A stretch of 64,000 nucleotides of DNA from Thermodesulfobacteriota bacterium (GCA_965205855.1 OZ242184.1:640001-704000), one strand, 5' to 3'; positions 32,325 through 42,597 are shown, numbered from the stretch's first letter. Notes: generated by a model not told the origin, from the sequence alone. Numbers and translations: made by a program.

Positions 32325-32648
32325 TCAGAGAAGACCCGGTGGAATGCCGAGGTCTCCGGCAACTTTTGAGATTTCATCCTTCATTGTTTTACGACCTCTG
32401 GAAAGTGCTTCGTTAACGGCGGCGCTGACAAGATCCTGCAACATCTCAATGTCGTTTCCGTCAACTATTTCGGGGTCTATGCTTATTGACTGAATTTCTC
32501 CCTTTGCTTTTGCCGCTACGGTTACCATTCCGCCCCCTGATGATGCTTCCACAACTGTCTCCCCGGCTTCGTTCTGCGTTTTCTCCATATCCGCCTTGAG
32601 TTTCTCCGCCTGCTTCATAAGGTTTTTCAATCCGCCGTCAAATTTCAT
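32325..32648 (-). CDS. ybaB: YbaB/EbfC nucleoid-associated protein
   Basis: LMKQA, SGGGMVTV, DIEMLQDLV.AAVNEA; position between dnaX and recR; start moved to ATG 32648. Confidence 0.95.
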   Translation of the reverse strand: MKFDGGLKNLMKQAEKLKADMEKTQNEAGETVVEASSGGGMVTVAAKAKGEIQSISIDPEIVDGNDIEMLQDLVSAAVNEALSRGRKTMKDEISKVAGDLGIPPGLL

Positions 32649-34308
32649 TTTGTCCTCCTTTTCCCAATGTTGTGATTTTGCCGTCAAACATTTCAAGTGC
32701 CTGTTTGACAAGAGGTTTGTCCTGTATTTTCTCAATACCGTTTCCCTCTTCTCCGGTGTCAAAAAACTCAATTTTCGCGCCGCATTCAAAAAACTTCTCC
32801 GCCTTGCGTAGAAAACTCTCCCGTTCATCTTTTTTGTTTTTCAAAAAGCGCGTGTGCATAACGCTTGGTTTTGGCACTTTTATTACGGCGACCGAGTTTT
32901 CAATCCTGATTTCGCATTTGGCGACCATGTTGGCTATGAAACCGAACTCCTCTTCGCCCGACTTGAGAAAATCGGCAAAACTCCCGGCGTTTTCCTTTCC
33001 CTTTGCCGAAGAGTCACGTTCTTTGTCCGTTCCGTTTTCCCGCGTGGTTTGTACGGCGGATTTCTCTTCTGTTTTTTCCATTTTCTCCGTGGCGTTTCGT
33101 TTCGGGGTTTCCTGCATCCTCGCTTTTTTATCCGTCCCCGCCGGATTTGAATACGGGGTTTCCTCGCCCGTGAGTTTGTTCAGTTTGCGCATAATGTCGT
33201 CCAGAGGGACGGGCTTATCCGCAGAGCAGAGCCTTATTACCATGGCGTCAACCGTCATTTCCTGATAGAAAGACCTGCTTACTCTGTCGCACATCTCCAT
33301 TGCCATGTCAAAAAGCATCTCAAGGGTTTGAGCAGACCGGTCTTTTGCGGACTCAAGCAGGAGCGCCGCTCTTTCGTTCGAAATATCGGGAACCGAATTT
33401 TCCCCGCTCACTTTTAGAATAAGGGCGGTTCTGACAAGGGAGGTTATCCCTTCGGCGAATTTCGCGGGGCTGATGCCCTTATCGAGGATTTTCACAAGCG
33501 TTTCAATTCCCTTGGCGGGGTTTTTCTCCATTATCGCCTCAAACATCTCGTTCATCAGGTTTGTGTCAGCAAATCCGAGCAGTGAAAGCGCTTCGGTGTG
33601 ATCTATGTTGTTTCCAAAAGTCGCAATTAACTGGTCCAGAAGACTGAGGGCGTCTCTCATACTTCCGTCCGCTTCAAGAGCGATGGTGGAAATTGTTTCC
33701 GACGCTATTTTTATATTCTCGTTTTGCGCCGCGTCTTTGAGAGAGGAGCTGATTTCCGTGACCGATACTTTTCTGAAATCGTAACGCTGGCAGCGCGAGA
33801 GAATTGTCGCCGGTATTTTGTGCGGCTCCGTTGTGGCGAGGATAAAAAGCACGTGAGCCGGCGGTTCCTCAAGCGTTTTGAGCAGGGCGTTAAAAGCTGC
33901 CTGAGAAAGCATATGTGCTTCGTCTATGATGTATACCTTTGTTTTTCCTGATGCGGGAAGGTAGCGGGATTTTTCTATTATGTCCCGCACATCGTTTACG
34001 CTTGTGTGAGAGGCGGCGTCCATTTCCTGAACTTCCACCGCGCGCCCGTCCGATATAAGAGAGCAGGATTCGCACGAGTCTTTGGAGCAGGGGCGTTTTT
34101 CGGAGGGTTTTTCACAATTGACGGTTTTCGCCACTATCCTCGCCGTGGAGGTTTTTCCGACCCCGCGAGGCCCCGTAAGCAGAAGCGCATGGGCAAGTTT
34201 GCCCGACCTTGCCGCGTTGCAAAGCGCTTTGACTATGTAATCCTGACCCACAACCTCGTCAAAGGTTTGCGGTCTCAACTTTCTTGCAAGAACTATGTAG
34301 GAAGACAT
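32638..34308 (-). CDS. dnaX: DNA polymerase III subunit gamma/tau
   Basis: YIVLARKLRPQTF, GPRGVGKT, IIDEAHML, LLKTLEEPP, SRC; start moved to ATG 34308 because the longer ORF runs across ffs and tRNA-Ser. Confidence 0.96.
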   Translation of the reverse strand: MSSYIVLARKLRPQTFDEVVGQDYIVKALCNAARSGKLAHALLLTGPRGVGKTSTARIVAKTVNCEKPSEKRPCSKDSCESCSLISDGRAVEVQEMDAASHTSVNDVRDIIEKSRYLPASGKTKVYIIDEAHMLSQAAFNALLKTLEEPPAHVLFILATTEPHKIPATILSRCQRYDFRKVSVTEISSSLKDAAQNENIKIASETISTIALEADGSMRDALSLLDQLIATFGNNIDHTEALSLLGFADTNLMNEMFEAIMEKNPAKGIETLVKILDKGISPAKFAEGITSLVRTALILKVSGENSVPDISNERAALLLESAKDRSAQTLEMLFDMAMEMCDRVSRSFYQEMTVDAMVIRLCSADKPVPLDDIMRKLNKLTGEETPYSNPAGTDKKARMQETPKRNATEKMEKTEEKSAVQTTRENGTDKERDSSAKGKENAGSFADFLKSGEEEFGFIANMVAKCEIRIENSVAVIKVPKPSVMHTRFLKNKKDERESFLRKAEKFFECGAKIEFFDTGEEGNGIEKIQDKPLVKQALEMFDGKITTLGKGGQNEI

Positions 34309-34320
34309 TTTATGAAATAC

Positions 34321-34435
34321 AAACCCGGCTCGCCGAGTTCCCGCAAGCGCCTGGGAAGATGTGCTACCGTTGCTTCCTTCCGGACCTGGCGGAGTTCGCA
34401 ACCCTCCCACCGCACGGTCCGGCTTACCGGGGTTT
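34321..34435 (-). ncRNA. ffs: signal recognition particle RNA (small type)
   Basis: Minus strand CAGGTCCGGAAGGAAGCA core; closing stem AAACCCCGG...CCGGGTTT; conserved position upstream of dnaX. Confidence 0.93.
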
Positions 34436-34531
34436 GATTGCCGGAAGTGATTGTATCGGTTTGAGGTTTGACTGACAAGTGGTAAAAGGCCGACAGTGAA
34501 CGCGCTCTCCGCGAAATTTTGAAATTGTAAT

Positions 34532-34623
34532 TGGCGGAGAGGATGGGATTCGAACCCATGAGGGAGCGTGAACCCCCTACACGCTTTCCAGGCGTGCACC
34601 TTCGGCCGCTCGGTCACCTCTCC
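34532..34623 (-). tRNA. tRNA-Ser(GGA)
   Basis: GGAGAGG...CACGC-CT-GGA-AA-GCGTG, long variable arm, GGTTCGAATCC, encoded CCA. Confidence 0.97.
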
Positions 34624-34647
34624 GCTTGTTGTCTCGGTTTGCCCGCT

Positions 34648-35034
34648 CTACTTCCCGGTGAATTCGCACTTGCATATCTCTTTTCTTATATACGCGACAA
34701 CCTGCCAGGTTCCTTCCTCTCCGAGAACACCGCCCCACGCCGGCATCATGACTGACTTTCCGACTGCCGGGCCTCCCATGTTGATAACGTTGAACATATA
34801 TTCATCGGTCAGTTTTGACATATAGTTGGAATTACTCAAATCTCTCGGTTTCGGCTCAAGAGCCGCAGACGCGATTCCATCTCCCATACCGGTTTGTCCG
34901 TGGCATGAAGCACAGACTGCTGCAAATGACCGGCTTCCCGCTCCGGTATCGTATTCTTTTGACATGACGTCAGTGGCAAAAAACGCCGCAACGCATAGAA
35001 AAAAAAAGACCGTTGCAACACAATAGTAGATCAT
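34648..35034 (-). CDS. monoheme cytochrome c
   Basis: Signal-like N-terminus, CASCH heme motif, PRDL, distal MPAW. Confidence 0.9.
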   Translation of the reverse strand: MIYYCVATVFFFLCVAAFFATDVMSKEYDTGAGSRSFAAVCASCHGQTGMGDGIASAALEPKPRDLSNSNYMSKLTDEYMFNVINMGGPAVGKSVMMPAWGGVLGEEGTWQVVAYIRKEICKCEFTGK

Positions 35035-35100
35035 TGATTAACCTCAGGATAACAGGATAATGAACACCGCCGGCAATTACAATTCGGGTTGATATCGCGC

Positions 35101-35183
35101 GGGCAGGTGGCGAAACGGCAGACGCGGCGGCCTCAAAAGCCGTTGGGCTAACACCCGTGAGGGTTCGAATCCCTCCCTGCCCA
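35101..35183 (+). tRNA. tRNA-Leu(CAA), CCA not encoded
   Basis: GGGCAGG/CCTGCCC acceptor stem, GCGGC-CT-CAA-AA-GCCGT, variable arm, GGTTCGAATCC. Confidence 0.95.
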
Positions 35184-35188
35184 TAAAA

Positions 35189-36346
35189 TCAATATCGCGG
35201 CATTGAGGGCTCAAATTTATCCGCCCATTCGTCTATGCCGCCTTTAAGACTCTTTACCTTTGAAAATCCGTTCTCAAGCAGGTATTCGGCGGCTTTCAAA
35301 CTTCTCCCGCCGTGGTGGCAGTGAACAACAATCTCACTGTCCGGGTCCAGCTCTTCGGTTCTGTCGCGTACCTCTCCGAGAGGAATCAGAGAAGACCCTT
35401 CAATTTTGCAAATTTCGTATTCGTGCGGCTCCCTGACGTCCACAAGCGTCGGGCTCTTGTCGTTGCCGTTTTTCCATATTTTTCTGAAATCCTCAACGCT
35501 TATTTCATTGGGCCCCACGGCGCTCTGCTCAGCGCTTTCTTCTCCCAGGGGAATGCCGCAAAACTGCTCATAATCAATCAGTTCCGTAATTGTCGGCACG
35601 TCTCCGCAAATCGGGCATTCTTTGTCTTTCCTGAGTTTCAACTCTCTCGGACTCATCTCAAGCACATCCACAAAAAGCAGCCTTCCCACAAGCGGTTTTC
35701 CCGTGCCGAGAATGATCTTGACCGTCTCCGCGGCCTGCATTGTGCCAACTATACCGGGCAGAATTCCGAGCACTCCGCCTTCTGCGCAACTTGGAACAAG
35801 CCCCGGAGGGGGCGGTTCGGGATAGACGCATCTGTAGCAAGGTCCGCGTTTTGCGTCAAAAACGCTCACCTGTCCCTCAAAGCGAAATATGCTTCCGTAG
35901 ACATTGGGTTTGCCAAGCAGAACGCACGCGTCGTTCACGAGGTAGCGTGTCGGGAAATTGTCCGTTCCGTCCACAACCACATCGTAGTTTCTGATTATTT
36001 CAAGCGCGTTGGCGGATGTGAGCCTCTCGTTGTGAATTGTAACCTTCACATCCGAGTTCAAGTCCGCGATTCTCTTTTTCGCGCTCTCGGCTTTGAGTTC
36101 ACCGAGGGTGCTTTCGCCGTGAATTATCTGCCTTTGGAGGTTGCTGAAATCAACAACATCAAAATCAACTATGCCTATATGCCCGATTCCCGCGGCGGCA
36201 AGATAGAGCGCCAGCGGCGAGCCGAGCCCTCCGGCTCCTATGCACAGCACTCGCGCGTCGAGAAGTTTTTTCTGACCCTCAACCCCCACTTCGGGAAGTA
36301 TCAGATGCCTGCCGTATCTGCTTGCTTGCTCTTTTGTGAGTTCCAT
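35189..36346 (-). CDS. moeB: MoeB/MoeZ adenylyltransferase with C-terminal rhodanese domain
   Basis: RYGRHLILPEVG, GAGGLG, SNLQRQ, DGTDNF, CYRC..CPIC, rhodanese CHHGGRS; start moved to ATG 36346. Confidence 0.93.
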   Translation of the reverse strand: MELTKEQASRYGRHLILPEVGVEGQKKLLDARVLCIGAGGLGSPLALYLAAAGIGHIGIVDFDVVDFSNLQRQIIHGESTLGELKAESAKKRIADLNSDVKVTIHNERLTSANALEIIRNYDVVVDGTDNFPTRYLVNDACVLLGKPNVYGSIFRFEGQVSVFDAKRGPCYRCVYPEPPPPGLVPSCAEGGVLGILPGIVGTMQAAETVKIILGTGKPLVGRLLFVDVLEMSPRELKLRKDKECPICGDVPTITELIDYEQFCGIPLGEESAEQSAVGPNEISVEDFRKIWKNGNDKSPTLVDVREPHEYEICKIEGSSLIPLGEVRDRTEELDPDSEIVVHCHHGGRSLKAAEYLLENGFSKVKSLKGGIDEWADKFEPSMPRY

Positions 36347-36455
36347 TTCCGTTTCCTCGAAAAGCCCGTTCAATATCTCACGGCTTGCCCGCTTTGTCAA
36401 AGCGCCGCGTAGCTTGTAAGCGCGGGTGATAGCGGGAAATATATCAATCGTTTCA

Positions 36456-37304
36456 ATGTCTTCTCTCTACATAGTCTCCACCCCGGTAGGAAATCTTGAG
36501 GATATGACCCTACGCGCCATAAGGGTTCTCAAAGAGGTGGAAGCAGTGGCATGCGAAGACACACGCGTAACGGGGAAATTGCTTGCGCGGCACGGAATCA
36601 AAGCCCGTCTTATTCAATGCCATGAGCATAATGAGGCGAGGCAGGCGGGAGTGATAAAGCGGATACTCAAAAACGGCGGAGATGTCGCCCTTGTAACGGA
36701 TGCGGGAACGCCTCTTCTTTCGGACCCCGGACACAGGGTTGTCTCAACAATCGCGCGGGAGGGTTTTGATGTTGTGCCGATACCGGGCGCGTCCGCACTG
36801 CTTTGCGCTCTTGCCATGTCTGCGATTGATTTTACCGAGTTTACCTTTCTGGGTTTTCTTCCCCGAAAGCGCGGGCAAGCCGTGAAGACTCTTTCCGAGT
36901 TCTCTTCTTCGCAACGCCCGCTTGTTATTTACGAATCGCCCAGAAGGATTGCTGCGACTCTTCGTCTTATTCTTGAAATCCTCGGAGACCGCGAGGCGGC
37001 GGTGTGCCGCGAGATGACAAAACTTCACGAAGAGGTTGTTCGCGCCCCGGTTTCTTCCCTTGCCGAAGAATTTGGCGGCAGAGAAAACGTAAAGGGCGAG
37101 GCGGCGATAGTTGTCTCCGGCGCCCGAGGGAAAGGCGACCCCGATGAAAAAGAGCTGAAAAACCGTCTGCTTGAACTTAAAAAAGAGGGGATGAGCTTCA
37201 AAGACGCGCTTAAAACCGTTTCGGTCGAATCGGGCGCGGGGAAAAATACGCTTTACAATTTTGCTCTGAGGGTCTGGGACAAAAAAACGGAGATTAGGAG
37301 CTGA
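36456..37304 (+). CDS. rsmI: 16S rRNA C1402 2'-O-methyltransferase
   Basis: LYIVSTPVGNLEDMT.RA, ACEDTR, DAGTPLLSDPG, YESPRR, REMTKLHEE. Confidence 0.96.
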   Translation: MSSLYIVSTPVGNLEDMTLRAIRVLKEVEAVACEDTRVTGKLLARHGIKARLIQCHEHNEARQAGVIKRILKNGGDVALVTDAGTPLLSDPGHRVVSTIAREGFDVVPIPGASALLCALAMSAIDFTEFTFLGFLPRKRGQAVKTLSEFSSSQRPLVIYESPRRIAATLRLILEILGDREAAVCREMTKLHEEVVRAPVSSLAEEFGGRENVKGEAAIVVSGARGKGDPDEKELKNRLLELKKEGMSFKDALKTVSVESGAGKNTLYNFALRVWDKKTEIRS

Positions 37305-38760
37305 ACGGAAATCCCGCGCCGAACCGTCCGAGTTTTTCAAAAGCGCGCGCCGCGGTCAGAATGGCAGTCTCTTCAAACGGTCTTCCGATGAATTGAACCC
37401 CGATTGGCAAACCGGATTTTGTGAGTCCGCACGGAACGGAAACGGCCGGAACTCCTGCTATGTTTGCGGGTATGGTCAAAGCGTCCGAAAGATACATCTT
37501 TATCGGGTCGTCCGTTTTCTCTCCGAGTTTGAAAGCCGCTTCGGGCGTGGTCGGCGTCATTATCAAGTCCGCCTTTTCAAACGCCGATTTGAACTCCCCG
37601 CTTATGAGCGCGCGAACCTTCTGCGCTTTGAGGTAGTAGGCGTCGTAGTATCCCGATGAAAGCGCGTGAGTGCCGAGCATAATCCTTCTTTTCACCTCGT
37701 CGCCAAAACCCTCGCTGCGGCTTTTGATTATCATCTCTTTAAGAGAACCGGCGTTTTGCGTCCGCCGTCCGTATCTTACGCCGTCATACCTTGAAAGGTT
37801 TGAACTCGCCTCGCACGGGGCGATTATGTAATAAGCGGAAACCGCATATTCGGTGAGCGGCATGGATATTGCGGTTATTTCCGCTCCGAGCGATTCCATA
37901 TCTTTTATTGCGGCGCGGACGCTTTTCTCCACCTCGCCGTCCATCGCGCCGATGCCAAAATACTCTTCCGGCACGGCGATTTTCATGTTTTTCACTCCGC
38001 CTTCAATTTTCCCCGCGCACCCCGGAGCGGGGATGTCAAATGAAGTTGAGTCTTTTTCATCAAACCCCGCCATAACATCAAGCAGAACAGCCGCATCCTC
38101 AACCGTTTTTGCGAGCGGTCCCGCTTGATCAAGTGAAGACGCGAATGCCGTCATTCCGAATCTGCTCACCCTGCCGTAGGTGGGTTTCATTCCCACAACT
38201 CCGCAAAAGGACGCCGGTTGCCTGATTGAGCCACCAGTGTCCGTTCCCACCGCGGCGGAACAAAACCCCGCCGCGACCGCCGCCGCGCATCCTCCGCTTG
38301 AGCCGCCCGGAACTCTTTCAGCATCCCACGGGTTGCGCACGGGGCCGAAGTGAGAAGTCTCGTTTGAAGAACCCATCGCGAATTCATCCATGTTGTTTTT
38401 GCCGATAATTACGGCTCCCGAATGCTTGAGCCTCGCCGCCACCGTTGAGTCGTATGAAGGCGTAAAGTTCTCAAGGATTTTGGACCCGCAGGTCATCGTT
38501 ATTCCCTTGAGTGCGAAAATATCCTTGAGCGCGACCGGAATTCCGTGAAGCGGGCTTTTAATTTCTCCCGCGTTTATCTCCTTTTCCGCCTTTTTCGCAG
38601 CGGCTGTCGCGGCGTCCGGGTCAACCTTGATAAAAGAGTTTATGCCTCCGTCCAGAGACGATATTCTTTCAAGTGCCGCTTGCGTGAGCTCCACGGGCGA
38701 GATTTCCTTTGCCTTTATAAGCCGCGCCGCTTCCGCTATGCCGGGAAAACCGTTTTTCAT
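37294..38760 (-). CDS. gatA: Asp/Glu-tRNA amidotransferase subunit A
   Basis: Amidase signature GGSSGG, GTDTGGSIRQPA, SSNLSRYDG, EVKRRIMLG. Confidence 0.97.
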   Translation of the reverse strand: MKNGFPGIAEAARLIKAKEISPVELTQAALERISSLDGGINSFIKVDPDAATAAAKKAEKEINAGEIKSPLHGIPVALKDIFALKGITMTCGSKILENFTPSYDSTVAARLKHSGAVIIGKNNMDEFAMGSSNETSHFGPVRNPWDAERVPGGSSGGCAAAVAAGFCSAAVGTDTGGSIRQPASFCGVVGMKPTYGRVSRFGMTAFASSLDQAGPLAKTVEDAAVLLDVMAGFDEKDSTSFDIPAPGCAGKIEGGVKNMKIAVPEEYFGIGAMDGEVEKSVRAAIKDMESLGAEITAISMPLTEYAVSAYYIIAPCEASSNLSRYDGVRYGRRTQNAGSLKEMIIKSRSEGFGDEVKRRIMLGTHALSSGYYDAYYLKAQKVRALISGEFKSAFEKADLIMTPTTPEAAFKLGEKTDDPIKMYLSDALTIPANIAGVPAVSVPCGLTKSGLPIGVQFIGRPFEETAILTAARAFEKLGRFGAGFPFSS

Positions 38761-38775
38761 TACACCCGTCCCCGG

Positions 38776-39078
38776 CTATGAGCCGTCAATCACCTTCGGA
38801 ACCGAGAAAAAACCGTCCGCCGTTTCGGGCGCTCCCTCAAGGGCTTTTTCGCCCGCGTCCGTGGCTCGCGCGGTATCTTCTCTCATACGCGCGTTTATAT
38901 CAACTGCATGGGAGGCAGGTTTTACATTATCGGTGTCAAGTTCGTTCAGGTTTTCCATGTATAGGAGGATCTTCGCAAGATAGCCGCCGAATTTTTCAAT
39001 CTCCTCGGGGCTGAATTCAAGCATGGCGAGTTTTGCGGCATCGTGCGCACGCTCTTCTGGAATTCTCTTCTCACTCAC
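38776..39078 (-). CDS. gatC: Asp/Glu-tRNA amidotransferase subunit C
   Basis: AKLAML, LNELDTDNVKP, REDT, AP....GFFSVPKV; GTG start at 39078 inferred. Confidence 0.9.
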   Translation of the reverse strand: MSEKRIPEERAHDAAKLAMLEFSPEEIEKFGGYLAKILLYMENLNELDTDNVKPASHAVDINARMREDTARATDAGEKALEGAPETADGFFSVPKVIDGS

Positions 39079-40042
39079 GGGTTTTTCCTTTTTCCGAAAG
39101 CGCTTCGGCAAAGTCCATTATATCGGACTCAAGTCTGACATTCTCAAGTCTGTTGATTTCCCTTACGCAAGTGGGACTTGTGCAGTTTATTTCCGTGAGC
39201 ATTCCACCCACTATGTCTATTCCGGCAAAGTATATTCCCGTTTCCGCAAGATATGGACCGAGTGCGGCGCATATCTCTGTGTCTCTTTTGTTGAGTTCGG
39301 TTTTTTGCGGTTTTCCGCCGGAATGGAAATTACAGATAAACCCGCCTTCGGGGGGCATTCTGAGAACCGCTCCCAGCGGTTTGCCGTCAAGCATTATCAC
39401 GCGCTTGTCTCCTTCGGTTACTCCGTCTATAAATTCCTGAGCCATAGCGAAAACCTTTCCGTCTTCGGTTGTCTTGGCGACTGTTGCGGCAGTTTCGCCG
39501 TCTCTTTCCTCCAGAAGCGATATTCCCTCGCCACCGAATCCGTCAAGTGGTTTGAGAACAATTTTTGTTTTTTCCGCGAGAAAATCCAAGATTTCCCCCG
39601 TGTTTTTTGACACAAATGTATCGGGCATAAATTTCGTAAACTCAAGCGCGCTCAATTTTTCATTTGAGTTTCTTATCGCGCGCGGGCGGTTTATCACAGC
39701 CGTACCGTCATTTTCCGCGAGTTCCAGAATATGCGTCAGGTAGATGTAGTCCATATTGAAAGGCGGGTCTTTGCGCATCCACACAACATCCATAACGCAA
39801 AGAGTGCGGTCTTCCGCATCGCCGAGGTCGTAATCAAAATCTTTTTTATCCGGCGAGCCAAGTCGCAGACGCGCGGCTTGGCACCATGCCTTATTTCCGC
39901 GTGCCGCGAGGGTTTCGGGCGCCACATAAAAAACCTCATGCCCGCGTGACTGTGCTTCAAACATAAGGACGAGCGTTGTGTCCGTTTCGGTATTTACGGA
40001 CTCAAGCGGGTCCATTACAAAGGCCATTTTCATTGCGGACAT
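39071..40042 (-). CDS. gshB: glutathione synthetase
   Basis: FVMDP, DTT, WMRKDPPF, NEKL, KPLDG.GG, GDKRV, TEIN.TSPT. Confidence 0.95.
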   Translation of the reverse strand: MSAMKMAFVMDPLESVNTETDTTLVLMFEAQSRGHEVFYVAPETLAARGNKAWCQAARLRLGSPDKKDFDYDLGDAEDRTLCVMDVVWMRKDPPFNMDYIYLTHILELAENDGTAVINRPRAIRNSNEKLSALEFTKFMPDTFVSKNTGEILDFLAEKTKIVLKPLDGFGGEGISLLEERDGETAATVAKTTEDGKVFAMAQEFIDGVTEGDKRVIMLDGKPLGAVLRMPPEGGFICNFHSGGKPQKTELNKRDTEICAALGPYLAETGIYFAGIDIVGGMLTEINCTSPTCVREINRLENVRLESDIMDFAEALSEKGKTRE

Positions 40043-40048
40043 TGCGGT

Positions 40049-41170
40049 CTAATCCACCTTCATCATCTGGAGAAAGCCGTCAAAAAGATAGGACGAATCA
40101 TGAGGGCCCGGAGAGGATTCGGGATGATACTGAACCGCCGAGACCAGTTTGCCACGGTTTTCTATTCCCTCAACAGTGCCGTCGTTCAGGTTGATATGGG
40201 TTATTTCGGTTCCGCTGGCGAGAGAGTCGGGTTCAACGGCAAATCCGTGATTTTGCGAAGTGATCTCAACCTTTCCATCATTCAACCGTTTAACCGGATG
40301 GTTTGCTCCGCGGTGTCCAAATTTCATTTTGAATGTTTTGCCGCCGAGTGCGAGGCTTATTATCTGGTGTCCGAGGCATATCCCGAAAACCGGAACTTTA
40401 CCGATAATGTCTGCCATACTTTTTGCCGCGTATTCGATTCCTTCGGGGTCGCCGGGCCCGTTGGAAAGAAACACTCCGTCGGGTTTGAGGGCGAGCACAT
40501 CCTCCGGCGCGGTCTGCGCGGGAACCACGGTTACGCGGCATCCCATATCGATGAGATTTTTTAGTATGCTGCGTTTTATTCCGAAATCATAAACCACAAC
40601 GCGCGGCGGTTGCCCCGGGGCGGTTTTTGCGCCCGTGGCTTTCCAGCCCGCGTTCCCCTCCGTCCATTGGTAGGGTTTTTCGCAACTTACCTGTGTTACA
40701 AGATCCAGCCCCACAATGCCCGGGGAATTTCTCACTTTTTTGAGCAAACTTTTCGGGTCTGTGTCTTCGGTTGAAATCACGCATTTCTGCGCGCCGCCCG
40801 CTCTGATTTTTCTTGTTATCTTTCTTGTATCCACTTCCTGTATGCCGATTACCGAATGTTTCTCCATATATTTATGAAGAGGCATTGTCGAGCGCCAGTT
40901 GCTTGGGGTCTCCCAGTATTCCCTCACAACAAGCCCCTTTGCGAGAGGCAAGGCGGATTCGGAGTCTTCCTCATTTACGCCGTAGTTGCCGATTTCCGGA
41001 CTTGTCATCGTAATGATTTGACCGTTGTATGAAGGGTCTGTGAGAATTTCCTGATAACCGGTCATGGAGGTGTTAAAAACCGCTTCGCCGAATCTCTCTC
41101 CGCGCGCGCCGAAGTGTTCTCCCTCAAAAACGCTTCCGTCCTCAAACACGAGAAGGCATTTGCCGTTCAT
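40049..41170 (-). CDS. carA: carbamoyl-phosphate synthase small subunit
   Basis: GEAVFNTSMTGYQE.LTDPSY, LSNGPGDP, GICLGHQ, QYHPE. Confidence 0.98.
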   Translation of the reverse strand: MNGKCLLVFEDGSVFEGEHFGARGERFGEAVFNTSMTGYQEILTDPSYNGQIITMTSPEIGNYGVNEEDSESALPLAKGLVVREYWETPSNWRSTMPLHKYMEKHSVIGIQEVDTRKITRKIRAGGAQKCVISTEDTDPKSLLKKVRNSPGIVGLDLVTQVSCEKPYQWTEGNAGWKATGAKTAPGQPPRVVVYDFGIKRSILKNLIDMGCRVTVVPAQTAPEDVLALKPDGVFLSNGPGDPEGIEYAAKSMADIIGKVPVFGICLGHQIISLALGGKTFKMKFGHRGANHPVKRLNDGKVEITSQNHGFAVEPDSLASGTEITHINLNDGTVEGIENRGKLVSAVQYHPESSPGPHDSSYLFDGFLQMMKVD

Positions 41171-42597
41171 TTGTCCAATCCTTCCGCGAGTATTTTTTTA
41201 ATCTCTTCGTTCACCGTTTTCGGGTTCGCCTTGCCTTTTGTCATTTTCATCACTCCGCCGACAAAAAATCCCATGAGTTTTTCCTCTCCCCCCCGAAACC
41301 TTTTCGCCTCTGCGGGGTGAAGGGAGACAAACTCTCTTGCTATTTTACCGATTTCTCCGCTGTCTGACAGTTGCGAAAGCCCGGACGCCTCAACAATCTC
41401 AGCCGCCGTTTTCCCAGTTTCCGCCATTTGCGGAAATATCTCCTTGGCAATTTTTCCGCTTATTTTTCCGTTTTTTATCATCTCAATCATCCCGCCGAGG
41501 TTTTTTGCGGAGACCGGAAAATCTCCCGCGTTTCCTTCGGTGTGTCCGAGGACGTTTGTCAGTATCCAGTTCGCGGTTTCTCCGGGCATGCCGCTGTGTT
41601 TTGCCGCCGCTTCAAAGTAGTCCGCCAGTTTGCGCTCCGCCGTTAGTCTTTTGGCGTCTTCGGGTTTTATTCCGTAATCGTTTTCAAACCTTTTTATTTT
41701 CTCCCCGTGTAGCTCGGGGAGGGAGTTCTTTAACTTTTCAACCCAGCCATTTTCAACCACAAGCGGTGGCAGGTCGGGGTCGGGGAAATATCTGTAATCT
41801 TCGGCTTCCTCTTTTGAGCGCATAAGAAATGTTTTTCCGCTGTCGGGGTTGAACAGGCGGGTTTGCTGAGAAAGTTTTTCGCCGTTTTGCAAAGCCGCAA
41901 TTTGCCTTGCCGTTTCATACTCAAGGGCTTTTTTGATGAATCTGAAAGAGTTGAGGTTTTTAATTTCTATTTTAACTCCGAGTTTGCCGCATCCCGCGGG
42001 GCGCACGGAAATATTGGCGTCGCACCTGAGGTTTCCGCTCTCCATGTTGCCGTCGCAAGAGCCCGTGTAGCGTAGAATTTGGCGCAGAGTCCGCACATAT
42101 TCCACGGCTTCATCGGGCTGGCGCAAGTCCGGTTCGCTCACAATTTCAATCAGCGCCACCCCGGCGCGGTTGAGGTCAACCAGACTCAAGTTTCCAGAAT
42201 ACACGAGTTTTCCCGCGTCTTCCTCCATGTGTATCCGGGTTATGCGGATTTTTTTCACTTCTCCGCCGGATTCAATTACAATCCATCCGCCCACCGCGAG
42301 AGGCTTTTCGTATTGTGAGATTTGATAACCTTTCGGCAGGTCTGGGTAGAAGTAGTTTTTCCGTTCAAAACGTGAAACGCGGTTAATTTCGCAGTTTGTC
42401 GCAACCCCCGCTTTTACGGCGAGCTCAACCGCTTTTTTGTTCAAAACCGGCAGAACTCCGGGCATTCCGAGGCAAACCGGAGAGACATTGGTATTCGGCT
42501 CCGCATCCGAACCAACGGGAGCGTCTGAAAAGATTTTTGATTCTGTGAGAAGTTGGGCGTGGACTTCAAGCCCTATTACGGTTTCGTAATCAGCCAT
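41167..42597 (-). CDS. gatB: Asp/Glu-tRNA amidotransferase subunit B
   Basis: VIGLEVHAQL, RKNYFYPDLPKGYQISQ, HMEEDAGK, YRYFPDPDL. Confidence 0.98.
   Translation of the reverse strand: MADYETVIGLEVHAQLLTESKIFSDAPVGSDAEPNTNVSPVCLGMPGVLPVLNKKAVELAVKAGVATNCEINRVSRFERKNYFYPDLPKGYQISQYEKPLAVGGWIVIESGGEVKKIRITRIHMEEDAGKLVYSGNLSLVDLNRAGVALIEIVSEPDLRQPDEAVEYVRTLRQILRYTGSCDGNMESGNLRCDANISVRPAGCGKLGVKIEIKNLNSFRFIKKALEYETARQIAALQNGEKLSQQTRLFNPDSGKTFLMRSKEEAEDYRYFPDPDLPPLVVENGWVEKLKNSLPELHGEKIKRFENDYGIKPEDAKRLTAERKLADYFEAAAKHSGMPGETANWILTNVLGHTEGNAGDFPVSAKNLGGMIEMIKNGKISGKIAKEIFPQMAETGKTAAEIVEASGLSQLSDSGEIGKIAREFVSLHPAEAKRFRGGEEKLMGFFVGGVMKMTKGKANPKTVNEEIKKILAEGLDK

Noticed and set aside
33118-33135. dnaX -1 frameshift site (AAAAAAG on the minus strand)
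   Set aside because: It reads GAT AAA AAA GCG, not the A AAA AAG phase required, and no clear stimulatory hairpin was seen.
34309-34617. 103-aa N-terminal extension of DnaX in the ORF track
   Set aside because: It runs through tRNA-Ser and the SRP RNA; the conserved DnaX start is ATG 34308.
35312-36412. 366-aa ORF antisense to moeB, and similar long antisense ORFs such as 54212-55138
   Set aside because: Shadow frames of well-supported genes with no recognisable motifs.
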